A stretch of 64,000 nucleotides of DNA from Streptomyces virus Yaboi (taxonomy: Duplodnaviria > Heunggongvirae > Uroviricota > Caudoviricetes): IMG/VR virus record IMGVR_UViG_2974625447_000001, positions 57,808-121,807 of that record; one strand, 5' to 3'. Position 1 is the first letter of the stretch. Each line of letters opens with the position of its first letter. The translations under genes and the position numbers were made by a program. The notes beneath the pieces are model-generated. The model was not told where the DNA came from, did not search any database, and saw only the letters and a list, made by a program, of their open reading frames with translations. Shown here one piece after another: positions 48,981-61,720 of the stretch.

Positions 48981-49055
48981 GCCCACGTAGCCCAATCGGC
49001 AGGAGGCGGCTCTCTCAAAAAGAGTACAGTGGCGGTTCGAATCCGCTCGTGGGTA
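48981..49055 (+). tRNA. class-I tRNA with anticodon CAA (Leu-type anticodon, short variable arm)
   Basis: acceptor gcccacg/cgtgggt; D-arm gcccAATCGGCAGGaggc (same family as 19201 and 28113); anticodon arm gctct-ctCAAaa-agagt; T-arm ggcggTTCGAATccgct; A73. Confidence 0.55.
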
Positions 49056-49289
49056 CATGGAATATGAACTAGGAGAAGCGCCAGAAGGTTACGAATGGAC
49101 TCTTGAATCTTCCGAGGGTGATCCATTGTTTATGGGTCGTGCTGGAATGACATGGAGTATTGTCGTAACAAAGAATGGCGAATTTATTCAGCGCCAGGGA
49201 GTTTTTGTCCCGGCAGATCAAGAAAGTGAAACGCAGGAGTTCATCTCAGGAATGGAAGAAAGCCTGCGCCAGTCCCTCTAAGGGACCCT

Positions 49290-49378
49290 GGAAGGGCAAG
49301 CCAATTGGAGATGGCAGCGGATTGCTAATCCGTCGAACTGCGAAAGCGGTCTTGCGAGTTCGACTCTCGTTCCTTCCG
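49290..49378 (+). tRNA. tRNA-Ser (anticodon GCT), class II
   Basis: acceptor ggaaggg/tccttcc; anticodon arm gcgga-ttGCTaa-tccgt; long variable arm; T-arm gcgagTTCGACTctcgt. Confidence 0.7.
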
Positions 49379-51282
49379 CAATGATATAATATCTTCATGG
49401 AAATTAATCATCGAAGAAAAGAGGGGAGCTTTGTAAGGCGTCACAGTCTTTCAATTGCTCTCCTCTTTGTTTTTACATTGCAGTCCACCATCGTATGGTT
49501 CTCAGGTTATGAAGACTGGGCCGGTGATCAGATGGTTCATGGGCAACCTGTTGACATCTGGCCTGGTTACCTGATACATTGGATCTATGAGATGGCAGTG
49601 AGCCTAGTGGCCGATACATACGGGGCACTACTCCTGGTCCTCTTTGCAAAATGGTTTTATGAACAGGGTAGTCCAGAGAGCGAGGATTAATGTTCTATTT
49701 GAATTGTAGTCGATGTGGGGCTCACTACAGCGACGACGATTACATGGAGGATGGCGTCTGTGCTCCCTGCCTCCTTGTAGAAATAACTGAGGAGTTGGGA
49801 CTTTATGAGTCAAAGAACGAAGTGGATTAAGCCTGGTTCCAGAATCATGGACCGAGCTTACATGTATGATAAGAGTGGAAATGTCCACACTGGTGAAGCC
49901 CTATTGCTAGCGCTGCTCCTGCATGCCAAGGGAAAGACAAAGCGCGGCGAAAAGGAACTTCTTGAAGTAAGCAAGATTATGCGCGATCCAAATCTACCAA
50001 AGGATAAGAAGTGATCCAGAGCGTCAAGCCTGAGCTTGTTAGTCGTTACGAATGGCACTACATTGACATGGAAGAGTATGTCAAGAGTCTTTTCGGTCAG
50101 GAGTATGAGGCTGCCGCTGCACTGGGATTCCCTAGTCAGGACACATATCATGACTTTGATGTGACCGGCGGCATTGTCGAAGAGGGAATTAATGCCGAAG
50201 GGGAAAAGAAGTTCGGCCGGTGGATGGATGAGCAGAATACACTTGAAGATGCTGTCAAGCTGATCGAGGCTTTCAAGGTTGACGGCATGCCCCGCGAGGA
50301 GTATGCTGATCCTAGTGTTGAGCTGATGCTCAACTGGCTTGCGTATGAAGGTCACATTCCTACGGGCAATTACCGTATTATCGTCTGGTGGTGACAATGT
50401 ATACTCCAAAGCGCGAAGTGTACTACACGATGGATGCATTTGATCTGAATGAGCTGGTGGAGAAGGAATTCAACACCAATTGGGATTTCGTCTCAGCAGA
50501 GGAATGCAGCAATGACAGTGCCCATGTAGTTCATCCAGATCTTGACGGTTTTGGTGAAGATGGGACGGAAGATGATGAGGGAATGAGCTACGCTTCTGCT
50601 CGCCAGGTGATTGGTGAACTTATTAAGCGCAACACTCTTCCTTCTGGCAAGTATCTGATTGAGGTGTGCTGGTAATGGGTTGGGGATCAGGAACAAGCTA
50701 CTTTGACGTACCTCTAAATCTCATGCTAGAGTATGTCCCAGAAGACAAGCGCAAGGAAGTTGTTGAACGTCTGTACAGACATGTGCGTGACGGCGACTGG
50801 GATACTGTTGATGAGTCAGCATATTTTGACTTGCTTGTCGAATATGACATTGATGGTTACGGAAGGTATGCGGATGAACTTGAGGACGAAGCAGAGGAAC
50901 CTTGGTAAGTGCAAGTGTGGTCGCCCAATCTTGACTGGCTATCTTCGCACTTACAATGGCTCCAACACCAATCTCTGTCCGCAATGCAATGCAGAAAGAA
51001 TCATCAATGAAGTCACCGGTCGTGATCGTGTTGACAACTCTGATTCTGATGGGCACACTAGGGAATCTGGCACTGATGATCGCTCTGAATGAAGCAGAGC
51101 AAAGATTTGTAAAGGAAGTCAATGAGGTACAGCGAACTGCGCGTTGACATGCCAATTAAGCATATCAAGACTAAGCGCACTGCTATTGTTGCTGAGATCA
51201 AGAGCGGTAAGTTCAAGATCGTAGACAACAAGGGCAAGACTGAAACGCTTGACAGGTATTACGCTGGTGAGTGGGAGCGCAA

Positions 51283-51650
51283 TGGCTAACGGAGAATCGA
51301 CCGGTCTTTCTAAGAAGGACCGGTCATTCCTGTCTCTTGCTATGGAGCTGTCTGCCAACTCTAACATGAAGCAGAAGCATGGAGCTGTGATTGTTAGGTC
51401 TGGCAGGGTTCTGGCACGTGGCTGGAACATCTTGAAGAACAATCCTGAAAATGTTAGTGATGAGCACATTGAGCGGTTCTGCTCTGTGCATGCTGAACAG
51501 ATGGCCATCGCCCGGTGCAAGAAGGCCGCTGGAGCAATTATTTATATTGCTCGCAACAAGGACGGGCAGGGAGTTTTCTCAAAGCCCTGTAGTGCCTGTG
51601 AGAAGGCGATCAGACTTGCTGGTATAAAGCGTGTCATCTACACATGTTGA
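51283..51650 (+). CDS. dCMP/cytidine deaminase-fold zinc enzyme
   Basis: HAEQMAI ... PCSACEKAI (H-A-E ... PC-x2-C) zinc-binding CDA signature. Confidence 0.75.
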
Positions 51651-51703
51651 CGGCTTGATCAGCATGTGTTAATGTTGTACTAACAACGAACGAAGGGAAC
51701 AAC

Positions 51704-52474
51704 ATGGCTAAGATCATGATCGCCGGTGACTGGCATGGCGACACTGTTCATGCCCGTAAGACTGTCCGACGTGCGGATGCCATGGGCGTCCGTAAGATCA
51801 TGCAGGTTGGTGACTTCGGTTACTGGGAGCATGATGAGGATGGTGTCACTTATCTCGACGCTCTGAATGAGGAGTGCCGTAAGTATGGCGTCAAGGTTTA
51901 TTTCGTTGCCGGTAACCATGAGAATTGGGACCGACTCGACTGGCTTGAGGCCAATAACCCGAAGACCTACAATGGTCTGACAATCATCCGAAGCCATATC
52001 CGTTACACTGGGCGAGTTAATCGCTGGCGTTTCGATGACAGGTGGTTCCAGGCCGTTGGTGGCGCTGTTTCAATTGACAAGAACCGGCGCAAGCTTGGAA
52101 AGACTTGGTGGGCTCAGGAGGCTGTTCCTGAGAAGGTTGTCAAGCAGCTTGAGATAGTTGGAAATCAGTCCGACATCCTCTTGACGCATGACTCTCCTAC
52201 TCATGCTCCGTTCGGATTCCGCTTGAAGGATGATCCTGACTCAACGGCTCATCGTCAGCTAATGGACAGGGTTGGCCGTGTGGTCCGTCCGACATTGTGG
52301 TTTCACGGCCACTATCACACGTGGATGGAGAATTACCCATTCGCCCACCAGCTTGGTGAGGCCAGTGTTTATGGCCTTGAGATGAATGGCATGTTCTACA
52401 ACTACTGTGTTCTTGACACGGACAACATGTCAGTCCAGACTGCTACTGGAAAGATCAACCACCTTCTTACTTGA
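51704..52474 (+). CDS. calcineurin-like metallophosphoesterase
   Basis: GDWHGD, GDFGYW, GNHE motifs. Confidence 0.75.
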   Translation: MAKIMIAGDWHGDTVHARKTVRRADAMGVRKIMQVGDFGYWEHDEDGVTYLDALNEECRKYGVKVYFVAGNHENWDRLDWLEANNPKTYNGLTIIRSHIRYTGRVNRWRFDDRWFQAVGGAVSIDKNRRKLGKTWWAQEAVPEKVVKQLEIVGNQSDILLTHDSPTHAPFGFRLKDDPDSTAHRQLMDRVGRVVRPTLWFHGHYHTWMENYPFAHQLGEASVYGLEMNGMFYNYCVLDTDNMSVQTATGKINHLLT

Positions 52475-53240
52475 TCCGCCTCATAAACAAGTCTGTGTTA
52501 TTCTTTTAGAGAATTCTTCAAGAATGCGCAGACTTGGAGAGAAGGAGGTGAAAGTAAAAGATGGCAGATAACAAGGATTACCGTTACAAGTCTTCACAGG
52601 ACGTTGTTGCACCACACCTTGACCCACTAGCGGATGAGGACGTAAAGCGTGCTGAGGAAGCCGGTGTAAAGGATTCTGCATACGTTGACTACGAGGTAGC
52701 TCTAGACAACTACCAGTCTCGTCCAGACGTTGAGACCCTAGCGGCTCGTCGTGCTCGTGAGGCAGGTTGGCAGTTTGAAGATGCTGCATTCCGTCGTTCT
52801 GTAGAGGATGATGAGCTAACCGGTGGTGGAGTTGTTACCACTGATGAGGCAAGCGGAAAGACGGCTAAGAAGGAAGATGCGAAGGTCGATGCAAATTCCT
52901 CACCAGCCCGTAAGTCAAGCAAGTAATCAGACTTTGTAGTACAATTGAACAGGAGGGAATATTTCCTTCCTGTTCTTTTGTATCTCACAAACAAATAAGC
53001 ACTACTTAAGGAAAAACATGTCTGTTGTTCTGGATTTTGATTCAGTCGAAAAGTTCGTCAGTGAGCAGCGCAAGCTAAAGAATGACGTTCGATGGGACGG
53101 CTGGACGCTAGTATTCTTCCGCAAGAGCCGGAAGAATCTCGGTTGGAACAAGCGTGAAGGCGCTTACCGTAATGGCAACTGGGGTTTTGAGACTCGTATC
53201 GCGGTGGGCAATGATGGGAAGTGGAGGGTTCCTTCTCGCA

Positions 53241-53552
53241 ATGTCCGGAATTCTTGAGCAGAGGGGCATAAGTCCGGAAGAAGTACAGTGGGAAGACTTG
53301 GCTCTGTGTCGTGGTCTTCCCACTTCCTTCTTCTTCGAGACTTACGAAGAGGATAAAATCTCTGCCCGATACGTAGATGAAATGTGCCTTCGCTGCCCGG
53401 TTATGAAGCAATGTGCAATGGCAGCCAAGGAGAACTCAGGCTTCGGAGTCTGGGGCGGTGTTTATTGGAACGCTGCTAGGGTAGACAAGTATCGTAATGC
53501 CCATAAGACTCCGGAAACATGGGAAAGGATCAAGGAGAGGTTGAGTGAATGA
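53241..53552 (+). CDS. whiB: WhiB-family Fe-S transcription regulator
   Basis: four Cys (C-x-C-x2-C-x5-C) plus hallmark GVWGG followed by basic tail; start chosen downstream of overlapping ORF 53018-53257. Confidence 0.7.
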   Translation: MSGILEQRGISPEEVQWEDLALCRGLPTSFFFETYEEDKISARYVDEMCLRCPVMKQCAMAAKENSGFGVWGGVYWNAARVDKYRNAHKTPETWERIKERLSE

Positions 53553-54592
53553 GCGCTGAGAATGTAGCGGCACTCATGGCCGTAGAGAACGTCAGGAAGC
53601 TGTTCAGGGAATTTCGTTTTGAGCCGGGCACCGGATTCATGTGTGACCTTGTTCAATACCCTGCAACGCAACACGACGTTCCCAACTTCGCTCTAAGAGC
53701 CTACAGCAACACCTTTGACAACCTTTCTCAGAAGAACAGGCTGCTAATCACCGAACAGATTGGCAGTCTGATTCAGAAAATCCGTTCTCTTGGTGTTAAC
53801 TGTATTTTGGAGGTATATGATGCACCGGGAAAGCCAAGTGGTTCTGGTAGTTAGTGAAGGTGTCTACGGGATTATCACCGAAGTTCATAGCTATATGTGC
53901 AAGGTGCAGTATTCCGTGGGTGGAATAGAGTACAATGAATATTTCGAAAACGATGACCTTGAGGTCATTGGAGAGATTGGATATGAGGAGGAGTGAGCGA
54001 ACTGGTTTGTCAGATCTGTGACAAGCAGAGGAATTCACTGGTGAATTACAAGTCAAAGCTTAATCCAGATATGGATTTCATGGCTTGCTCTCCGTGCGCC
54101 AATGGCGAGCTAGAGCCTAGATGGCTTGTAATTCTGATGGCCCGATCAGGAGCCAACGTGAGCAGATGGCTTGAGAATAAGCTTTACGTTGGTGAGGACA
54201 TCACTGAGAAGCATTTGAATTAAGCCATCAGGCCGGGTATACTAGCCAAGACTAGGGAACTACGGGGTTCGAATCCCTACCGGCCGCAATTGATCCCCTT
54301 GATGGGAGGACGATGTATTTTGAAGATGAGCCTTCAACAGCGCAGTGTATAAAAGATTTGACCAAAGAGATCTGGGTGACCATCAAGATGGTTTTGAGAT
54401 CAGAAGCAACTCCGGAGGAAATTTCCGGTGCTGCTGAAAGGGCCAAGTTTCTGCGTTTGTATATCGACAGATATCACTCAAAGGACATGGATGCTCTAAC
54501 CGAGACAGAAATTTGGCTCGCTCAAGAAGTAGCCGATGCCGTTGAAGACTTGATTGATTGACTTTTAACTCATCAATGACTACAATTCGTAT

Positions 54593-54994
54593 ATGTCCAA
54601 GATATCAGCAGGTCTAGTTAAAGCTTATGCTCATCCCCTCGTGATTATCGAGGTGATAATAGCTGTTGGTCTTTTGGTCTCCGGATTGTATACGATGAGT
54701 TGGTTGTATGAGCCTAGTTCCAATACGCCAATTGGACAGGCAATTGATTCAACCTATGTGAGAATGACTATTGGAGTTTTCTATTCCTTCTCTGGATTGG
54801 CGATTATGGCCGGTGCAAAGAGGGGAAGCTCACGGTGGGAATCCACTGGTCTATTCATGGCTTCACTGAGTTATGGTTTCATGACCTTGCTTAGATGGCT
54901 AACAATTGGCTTTACACCTTTGACTTGGGTATTCAGCCTGACTCTCATGTTCATCGTAGCATTCCTATACTTTAGGATAAGGTTGCTGAGATGA
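54593..54994 (+). CDS. integral membrane protein (4 TM)
   Basis: 133 aa with four hydrophobic helices; followed by a TM plus coiled-coil ORF at 54991-55293 (holin/spanin-like arrangement is speculative). Confidence 0.35.
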   Translation: MSKISAGLVKAYAHPLVIIEVIIAVGLLVSGLYTMSWLYEPSSNTPIGQAIDSTYVRMTIGVFYSFSGLAIMAGAKRGSSRWESTGLFMASLSYGFMTLLRWLTIGFTPLTWVFSLTLMFIVAFLYFRIRLLR

Positions 54995-56208
54995 TGCCCG
55001 AGATGACTACGGCTTGGATTGCCCTATTGGGAACAGTGCTGGGTGGGGTTGGACTAAAGTTTGTCGAACACTGGCTCAGCCGTAGCAAGGTTCGGGATGA
55101 TACGGCGGCTCAGCTCAGAACAGAGCTTAGGACCGAAATTCAGGGTCTAAAGCAGGAGCTGAACAATGTAGAGGCCGACCTAGATAAATGGCGTGGAAAG
55201 TATTACGAATTGATGGATAACTTCATCAAGGTAAAGAGTGAGCTTGAAGCGGCTATGAGACAGCTACAAAACAATCAACCCCCTAGCCCATAAGCTAGGG
55301 GTGTTGTGCTAAGTAAGGAGCAATATGCAAACAGTTGCGGAACGTCCGCTGAATAAGACAGAAGATCGTTGCGACAAGTGCAACGCACAGGCTTTCGTTA
55401 TTGCAGAAAAGGAAGACTTTGTTCTTCTGTTCTGTGGGCATCATGGCAAGCAGTACAAGCAATCACTTGAAGTAAAGGGATGGAGTCTACTAGACTTCAC
55501 AGACGAGATCGGATGATCAATGGGTTACATCGAAGTATGGGTAGATGAAGATGAATTCGAAGACGAGTTCCTTGACGCCCTACGAGACGGCGAGTATGAT
55601 GAACATGTAAGGCGAAGGGCAGAGGCACTTGGCCTAGACTTCTCTCTGGCTCAGAAGTATCATGAGCTACTGCATCCACAGGGTACGTTGACAGTGGAGC
55701 GGTGCAGAGAGTATCCTTGTAATGAGGTCGAGCTGGAGGCAATGTGAATCTAGAAGTCGGAACCATCGTAATTCTTAAGAGAGACCCTGACGCTGGAACA
55801 GGCTGGGAAGGTCTTCGATGCGAAGTTGTTGAGCCCGATGAATTCAGAAATGGATACGTGTGGGTTCGACCTTTCACCGATCGGCCGGACGGTTTCAAGC
55901 TGTCTCCTTTTTTCTGGAAGCGCACTCAAATGAGGATTGATGGCACCACTGAACCTCAAGAGGCAGGGGAATCAATGCCTGTTGGAACGCGAGTGATGAT
56001 CGTTAACTCTTACGAGGAGCTTCACCAAAAGCCCTATCTGGAGAAGTGGCAGGGTCTTGTCGGTCGAACGACTGGAAAGCCTTTTAAGGGCAAGGTTCGT
56101 ATGAAGCTTGAAGGCCCTCGCCCTGATGGAATCGATATTGATTCCAATGATTTCTTCTGGAATCTCACCGGTCTTATGACTGACTGATTTCATGCCCTTC
56201 GGGGCTAT

Positions 56209-56283
56209 TCCCCCGTGGTCTGCTGGCATGGCCCACCTGACTTTGAATCAGGTTGTTCGTAGGTTCGATTCCTGCCGGGGGAG
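56209..56283 (+). tRNA. tRNA-Gln (anticodon TTG)
   Basis: acceptor tcccccg/cggggga; anticodon arm cctga-ctTTGaa-tcagg; T-arm gtaggTTCGATTcctgc. Confidence 0.7.
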
Positions 56284-57701
56284 CTTTCTATGAGGGGAGA
56301 AATATGGCTGCACAGTTCAGCTTTAATGATCCAAAGGGCAGGCCAGTCAACAAGGTTGATTACGTAAAGATTAAGAGTGCCCCGAAGAATCTGAGGGAAT
56401 GGAATAATGTGGTCTGCATGGTCATGAGCGTTCCACTTCCTGATGGGACTGTTCTTCTTTCTATTGAGAAGAATCGGCCAAAGCGCTACACGGATCGTCT
56501 GGTATACATTCCTACTCAGTACCTCTACCTTGAGAAGAAGAGGACTTGATTTGGAAGACATGGCAGGCAACAAGCTATATGGAAACAGTGTGGTTGAGTT
56601 GTACCACGAAGGACCCTGGCATGGCTTTAGAGCAAAGGTTTTAAACCGCCGGGGGAAAGAGTTGGTCTGGCTTTCTCCAATGTCTCCTAGGCCCGATGAC
56701 AACGGCATGAACAAGTTTGTATGGCCACTAAACAGTTTGACGGTGGTCAACTAATCAACTACTATAGAGGTAGTTGAAAGGAAGACATGGAAAACTACAG
56801 GCTAACTATCGAAGGAGCAGTTCTAGACTCTGACAAGGCAGCAATTCGCAGTCTTAATATGGGTATGGCACTGCTTCTTTCTATTTTGATGGAGCAGGTT
56901 GAAGATCCTGACCATTACACTAAAGAAGCATTCGTTGTAACTGCACAACTACATGACGCCGTGGCAATGTACCTTGAGAGGCACGGCGAGTGGAACTAGA
57001 GGAAGAACTAAAGAGACTTTTTGACGAGAAAGAATATCGTTGGAGAGTCAACGGAAGGCTAAAGAAGCCTACCCTCCGCGACCTGAGCGACACTCTTGAA
57101 AAAATCAAAGAGAAGCTTAAGGACGAGCCTGTTGGAACCTGGCTTTACGTTGGTCGCCTGATCATCGTAAAAGATGCGGAGGGCAAGCTAGATGTCTATG
57201 CGCATCACGGAACAATTGAAGAGGAAAATGCGGATTCTGATTAACAGAGTTCGTAAACTCATCTACGAAGGAATCAAATGAACTACCTGTATGAATTCCC
57301 TTACACCGACCACTTCACCGCAAACAGCAGCGTAATTGCTGCGGTGTATTACAACAAGAATGAGCAGTTGCTTGCCATTCTTTTCAAGCGTGGGGATGTA
57401 ACTGTCTACTCTGGAGTTGATTCAGAGGAGTTTAGCCGTCTTCACTCTGCTCTGAGTGTTGGTGTTTATTACAACCAGCGAATCAAGGGTCAGTACGGTT
57501 CACAGAGCTGGGGAGATCGTGTCAAGTTCTACAAGCTTGCTGAGAAGAAGACTCTAGATCAGCATCCTGAGTTCAACACGGCAGAAGAGAAGTCCGGCGA
57601 TGTAAATGTCACCATTAACATTTATGTCAATGGAAATCCGGAAGATGTTGCAAGGGCGGTTGAGCGTCTGGCTCCATCATTCCGAGCTATGAAGAGGTGA
57701 A

Positions 57702-57998
57702 ATGATAAAGGTAAATAACCTGCATGATCTGGGTCGCCACGCGGAAAAGGCCGTTGTGGTTTTCTCAGCTCCCGCATGGTGTGCGCCTTGTCGTGCTCTA
57801 CAGCCTCACGTCGAGAAGCTAGCTGAGAAGCTTGACTATCCTGTCGTATATGTAGACATTGACCAGGCAGAGGAAATCAGAGAAGAGTACGGTATCATGT
57901 CAGTGCCGCGCATTTACGAATTCGCCAACGGCGATCCTGTGCGCGAATTGAAGGGTCGTACAGTTCTTGCCCTCACCACGGAACTGGCCGCTGAGTAA
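57702..57998 (+). CDS. thioredoxin
   Basis: active site APAWCAPCRAL (WCxxC); 98 aa. Confidence 0.8.
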   Translation: MIKVNNLHDLGRHAEKAVVVFSAPAWCAPCRALQPHVEKLAEKLDYPVVYVDIDQAEEIREEYGIMSVPRIYEFANGDPVRELKGRTVLALTTELAAE

Positions 57999-58018
57999 TC
58001 AGCGGCCTTTGCCGTACC

Positions 58019-58047
58019 TTGACAGATAGTGACAACAGATGTATCTT
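58019..58047 (+). promoter_or_regulatory. sigma-70-like promoter TTGACA-N17-TATCTT
   Basis: ccTTGACAgatagtgacaacagatgTATCTTttaacc. Confidence 0.35.
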
Positions 58048-58390
58048 TTAACCATGAACGTCTACATAGCACAACTAATTGGTTTAGTTCTGGGTGTTGT
58101 CGGAGTGATCATAGGTCATTACTCATATGAGTTGACAAGCCGCATAATTCATCGAAGGGGATGATCAAATGACTTGTGCTGCATGTGGTGGGGAATGTGA
58201 CGAAACAGTTTGTTTCGAAACATTTGGCGAGAAGATAAGAAGACTTTTCTTCTGTAGTATCGCTCATCGGGCCGCATGGTTCTTCGGGATGGTAGTATGA
58301 GAATTATTTTAATTGGGGCCATAGTAATATGGCTCCTTTTAATTCTACTTATTTGCAGGTGGTTTTACGTCGTCAGCGAGAGGCGAAAAA

Positions 58391-58873
58391 ATGAGGGTAA
58401 GCCCGATAGTCAAGTTCGTTGGTGAGCATTATTTTCTCTCCAACTTCTATTCAGCTCCAGTAAAGCTGGGAAATCTCACATTCAAGAGCAACGAGGCTGC
58501 ATTTCAGGCTGCCAAGTACAAGGTGATGACCGGGACGCAACAAGAGCAGTATGCATACATTGCTGCAATTCTTGAGTGTGACAAGCCTGGTGATACTAAG
58601 AAGCTTGGCAAACGTGTCTCAATAGACCTTGACAAGTGGGAGCAAATCAAGGTACGTTGTATGAGAGACATCGTAAGAGCTAAGTTCGATCAGAACGAAG
58701 ATCTAAAGATCAAGCTCATGGCCACCGGAGCCGCTTTGCTAGTCGAAGGCAACGACTGGGGAGATACGTTCTGGGGCCGGTGCGATGGAAAGGGTGGTAA
58801 TGTCCTTGGCTCCATCCTAATGGAACTAAGAGGCTTTTACTACTGGTCAGAAACGGATTCAATAAACTTCTGA
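58391..58873 (+). CDS. NADAR (YbiA/DUF1768) domain protein
   Basis: N-terminal FxxExYFLSNFY...AFQAAK motif characteristic of NADAR N-glycosidase/ADP-ribosyl processing family. Confidence 0.7.
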   Translation: MRVSPIVKFVGEHYFLSNFYSAPVKLGNLTFKSNEAAFQAAKYKVMTGTQQEQYAYIAAILECDKPGDTKKLGKRVSIDLDKWEQIKVRCMRDIVRAKFDQNEDLKIKLMATGAALLVEGNDWGDTFWGRCDGKGGNVLGSILMELRGFYYWSETDSINF

Positions 58874-60599
58874 GAGGATCAGAATGCTCACTCTTGACAG
58901 GATTGAGTTCAATGGCGTAAGCCACACGGGATTCGCAAATTCCGTAGAAACATTCCTCATGGCCGTTACGCCGTCAGGCAAGAGGGCTCTTGATGTTGTG
59001 ATTCCCGACAAGCTTCCGAAGATGAATAATCGCAGGTGGCTTACCAAGGGTAAGGATGTCAAGCCTAGCGCTCTTTTCGATGAGGCTCGTAACCTCATGA
59101 TTAAGCACGGCAAGGCGAGAGGGATTGCAGTAGATGCAAAGGGTCAGATCTGTGTAGGTTTCGCTCTTTGGATGGCGGCAACAGGCAAGAAGGCGAACAA
59201 CGCTTCTGTTGTCCGAATGCTCCAGTACGCAGCAGTTGAGTCTGCTCGTCTTGGTTATGAAGGTCGGGCGGCATATGTTCAGCTCAATGACAACAGCCGT
59301 ACAACCTTTGCAGATGTTCTTCGTTATCTTGAGGCGGCAAGGGATCGTGCCCGAGTTCGAGGAGAATGACTGGGAGCTAGCTGGATATGCTACCGAAGCA
59401 GATTTCCAGCTAGACCAGGCAGATTGGGAAAGGGTGGCTGAGAGCTTCGCCAGGATGACTGAATCCTTTGCAAGAATTCAGGCGGCGGTGCAGGACGCCC
59501 AGCTTTCTATCAATTCATTTAGAGGGGACGATATGGCTGTGGACATAAGGCGCAGTGAATACCCAATGACAGACGGCTATGGAACCTATTGGTACGACCC
59601 AAGCGGTATGCATTCCAATGAGCCGGGCGAATGTTTTATGTGCAAGAAGCTGACAAACAGGATTGACATTGACTTTCATGGTTACTTCTGTGACTCAGAT
59701 GAATGCAACGAACAGATCCGAATAGATCTTGAAAGGGCAAACAGTGAAGATCGGAATCGAACTGAGGACGATCAATAAGACCTCTCACTTCTCAGACTTG
59801 CTAGACTTGTCTGACAAGACAGAGGATGAGATCGCAGATATCAAGGACGACATTGAGTCAATTCTCGGCGGCGTTTCTACGGGTGACGGATTGACCATGC
59901 TTATTGAAGGCAGAACGTATGCCTTCCCGCCAAGCGCAATTGAATATGTAACAACATACGAGGCCGATTGACAAATCCATATGTTCTGATCTAGCATGAG
60001 AACATTATGAGATATACAATCGTAAAGGAGCCTCTTAAAAGAGGTCGGGTGGTGGAGGGCTACAATTACTGCATCCTTGATACAAAGGTTGGCAAGGTAG
60101 TCTTCCGTCATTCATCAGAATTCAAGGCTGAGTTCATCAAGGACTCCTTCAATGACGCAAATGTAAGCAGCCGGTTTGAATACGAATTGCCAGGCGACGA
60201 AAGCATTGAAGATCTAGATGAGTCAGCATTCCGAGGAGAATGAATGCTGGAAAAGCTAGCCTGGCGATATTTGGCCCGGCGCATGGAAGTCCATCGTAAG
60301 TCAGGTAGACACCATGAGGCAGACCATATAAGAGCAGCCCTTGCAACTAGACAACAAAAGCAATGCGCACTCTGCTGCATACTGGAGAATACCGATTGGC
60401 TCTCTTGGGCAACAAGATTCGACCCAACGTCCGACATGGACAAGGACAGTGAGCTATATGCAAGTGTTATTAAGGATGAATCCCGGTTTGGAGATGTGGT
60501 TCGGAGAAGTGGTCTGGACTGACGAAGACTGGGATTGGGATGAAGAGGACCGGCTTATTGCTGGTCCTTTCCCATTTTCCAGAGGCAACTCAAATTCCA

Positions 60600-61720
60600 C
60601 AGATTTTTAGTCAAAGTCCGATTTTTTAGTCAGAAGTGGCTCCAACGAATTTTTAGTCACAAATCGCCCGGCGGCGTGGCATCCCCCATACATATAAGAC
60701 TCATAAGACATAGTGCATATAAGACAATACCGAAGCTCTGTGAGCCTTTGTAATAAAGAAGGGGCAGTAGGAGACATGGTTCATTTAAAATAACGGGAGA
60801 GAGCAACGCAGGCATGCTGTCAGCCTTGATAGAAGACGTATAGAGCAGTGGCAGAAACAGCAGACATATCTTGATGTCGAGATAGTTATAGCAGCAGAAC
60901 TGCTGTCGGCAGGCGAAGTTATCCACAACCAAACGCACAACCTGTGGATAACTTTCTGAGATCATTCGTTATCTTGACATAGAGATACTTTCTAAAAGTT
61001 AGTGTGTAATGACGCAGGTAAATCAGCGGCGAAACACACGCATTTCCTTCATTTCTAAGGCCAGAAGGGGGTTCCAGCCTTCAATATGCAGCCAAGATAC
61101 GCAGCCAGCCTTTTAAATCCATCAATCAGGCCCTAAAACAGCCCTTCAAAACAAGGAGAAATCGGCCTGTTTCCTTCCAAAATCAATCAAAAATGCCCCA
61201 AAACCTGCGAAAACTAGCCAAATCTGCAAAATTTTGGACACTTTCGTAAAGGGCATGCCAGATAGACCTTAGAATCATAGGATGTTGGGCAGATTTTGCC
61301 TTCATTCGTAAAGCAGCCTGGCTAGACAGCCTGATTATGCAGCCATGATAGTCAGCCAGAGTATTCAGACATGACAGACTGATTGTTCTCTGTGTCTTAT
61401 ATGTAGAATTGACCCGGTGGGTAGTAGTTAGTTGTTATATGTCTTATATAGAGCAAGGGCACCTAGACCACCGGCCCAACATCTCTCCTTGTACTATGTC
61501 TTATATCGTAAAACAGAAGAAGCCTGCCAAAAAGAACTGGCAGGCTTTGTTGCATGTCTTATATAAGACAGACCGAACTAACGATCTTCAATTTGAATTC
61601 GTAAAATCGTCCGGGTTTTCAGGCCCATTCGTAAAGGCCCGGAAATTCGAGCCCGGAAATTTTGACGCCTATCGTAAAGGGCGAAAAATCGGACATCAGG
61701 GTCAAATCAAAAAATAGATG
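60600..61720. repeat. iteron-rich non-coding junction (candidate replication origin / partition or packaging site)
   Basis: ATTTTTAGTCA x3 (60603-60659); CATATAAGAC x3 (60691-60725) and inverted copies ATGTCTTATAT x4 (61391-61570, including 14-bp palindrome GTCTTATATAAGAC); TCGTAAAG x5 (61244-61680); GCCCGGAAATT x2 (61636-61661); GCAGCC(A) repeats 61088-61350. Confidence 0.75.

Noticed and set aside
61409-61717. 102-aa + strand ORF (and 60657-60965 minus ORF) in the iteron region
   Set aside because: Translation is driven by the repeated ATGTCTTATAT/TCGTAAAG units (MSYI... repeats); no RBS; region better explained as non-coding iterons
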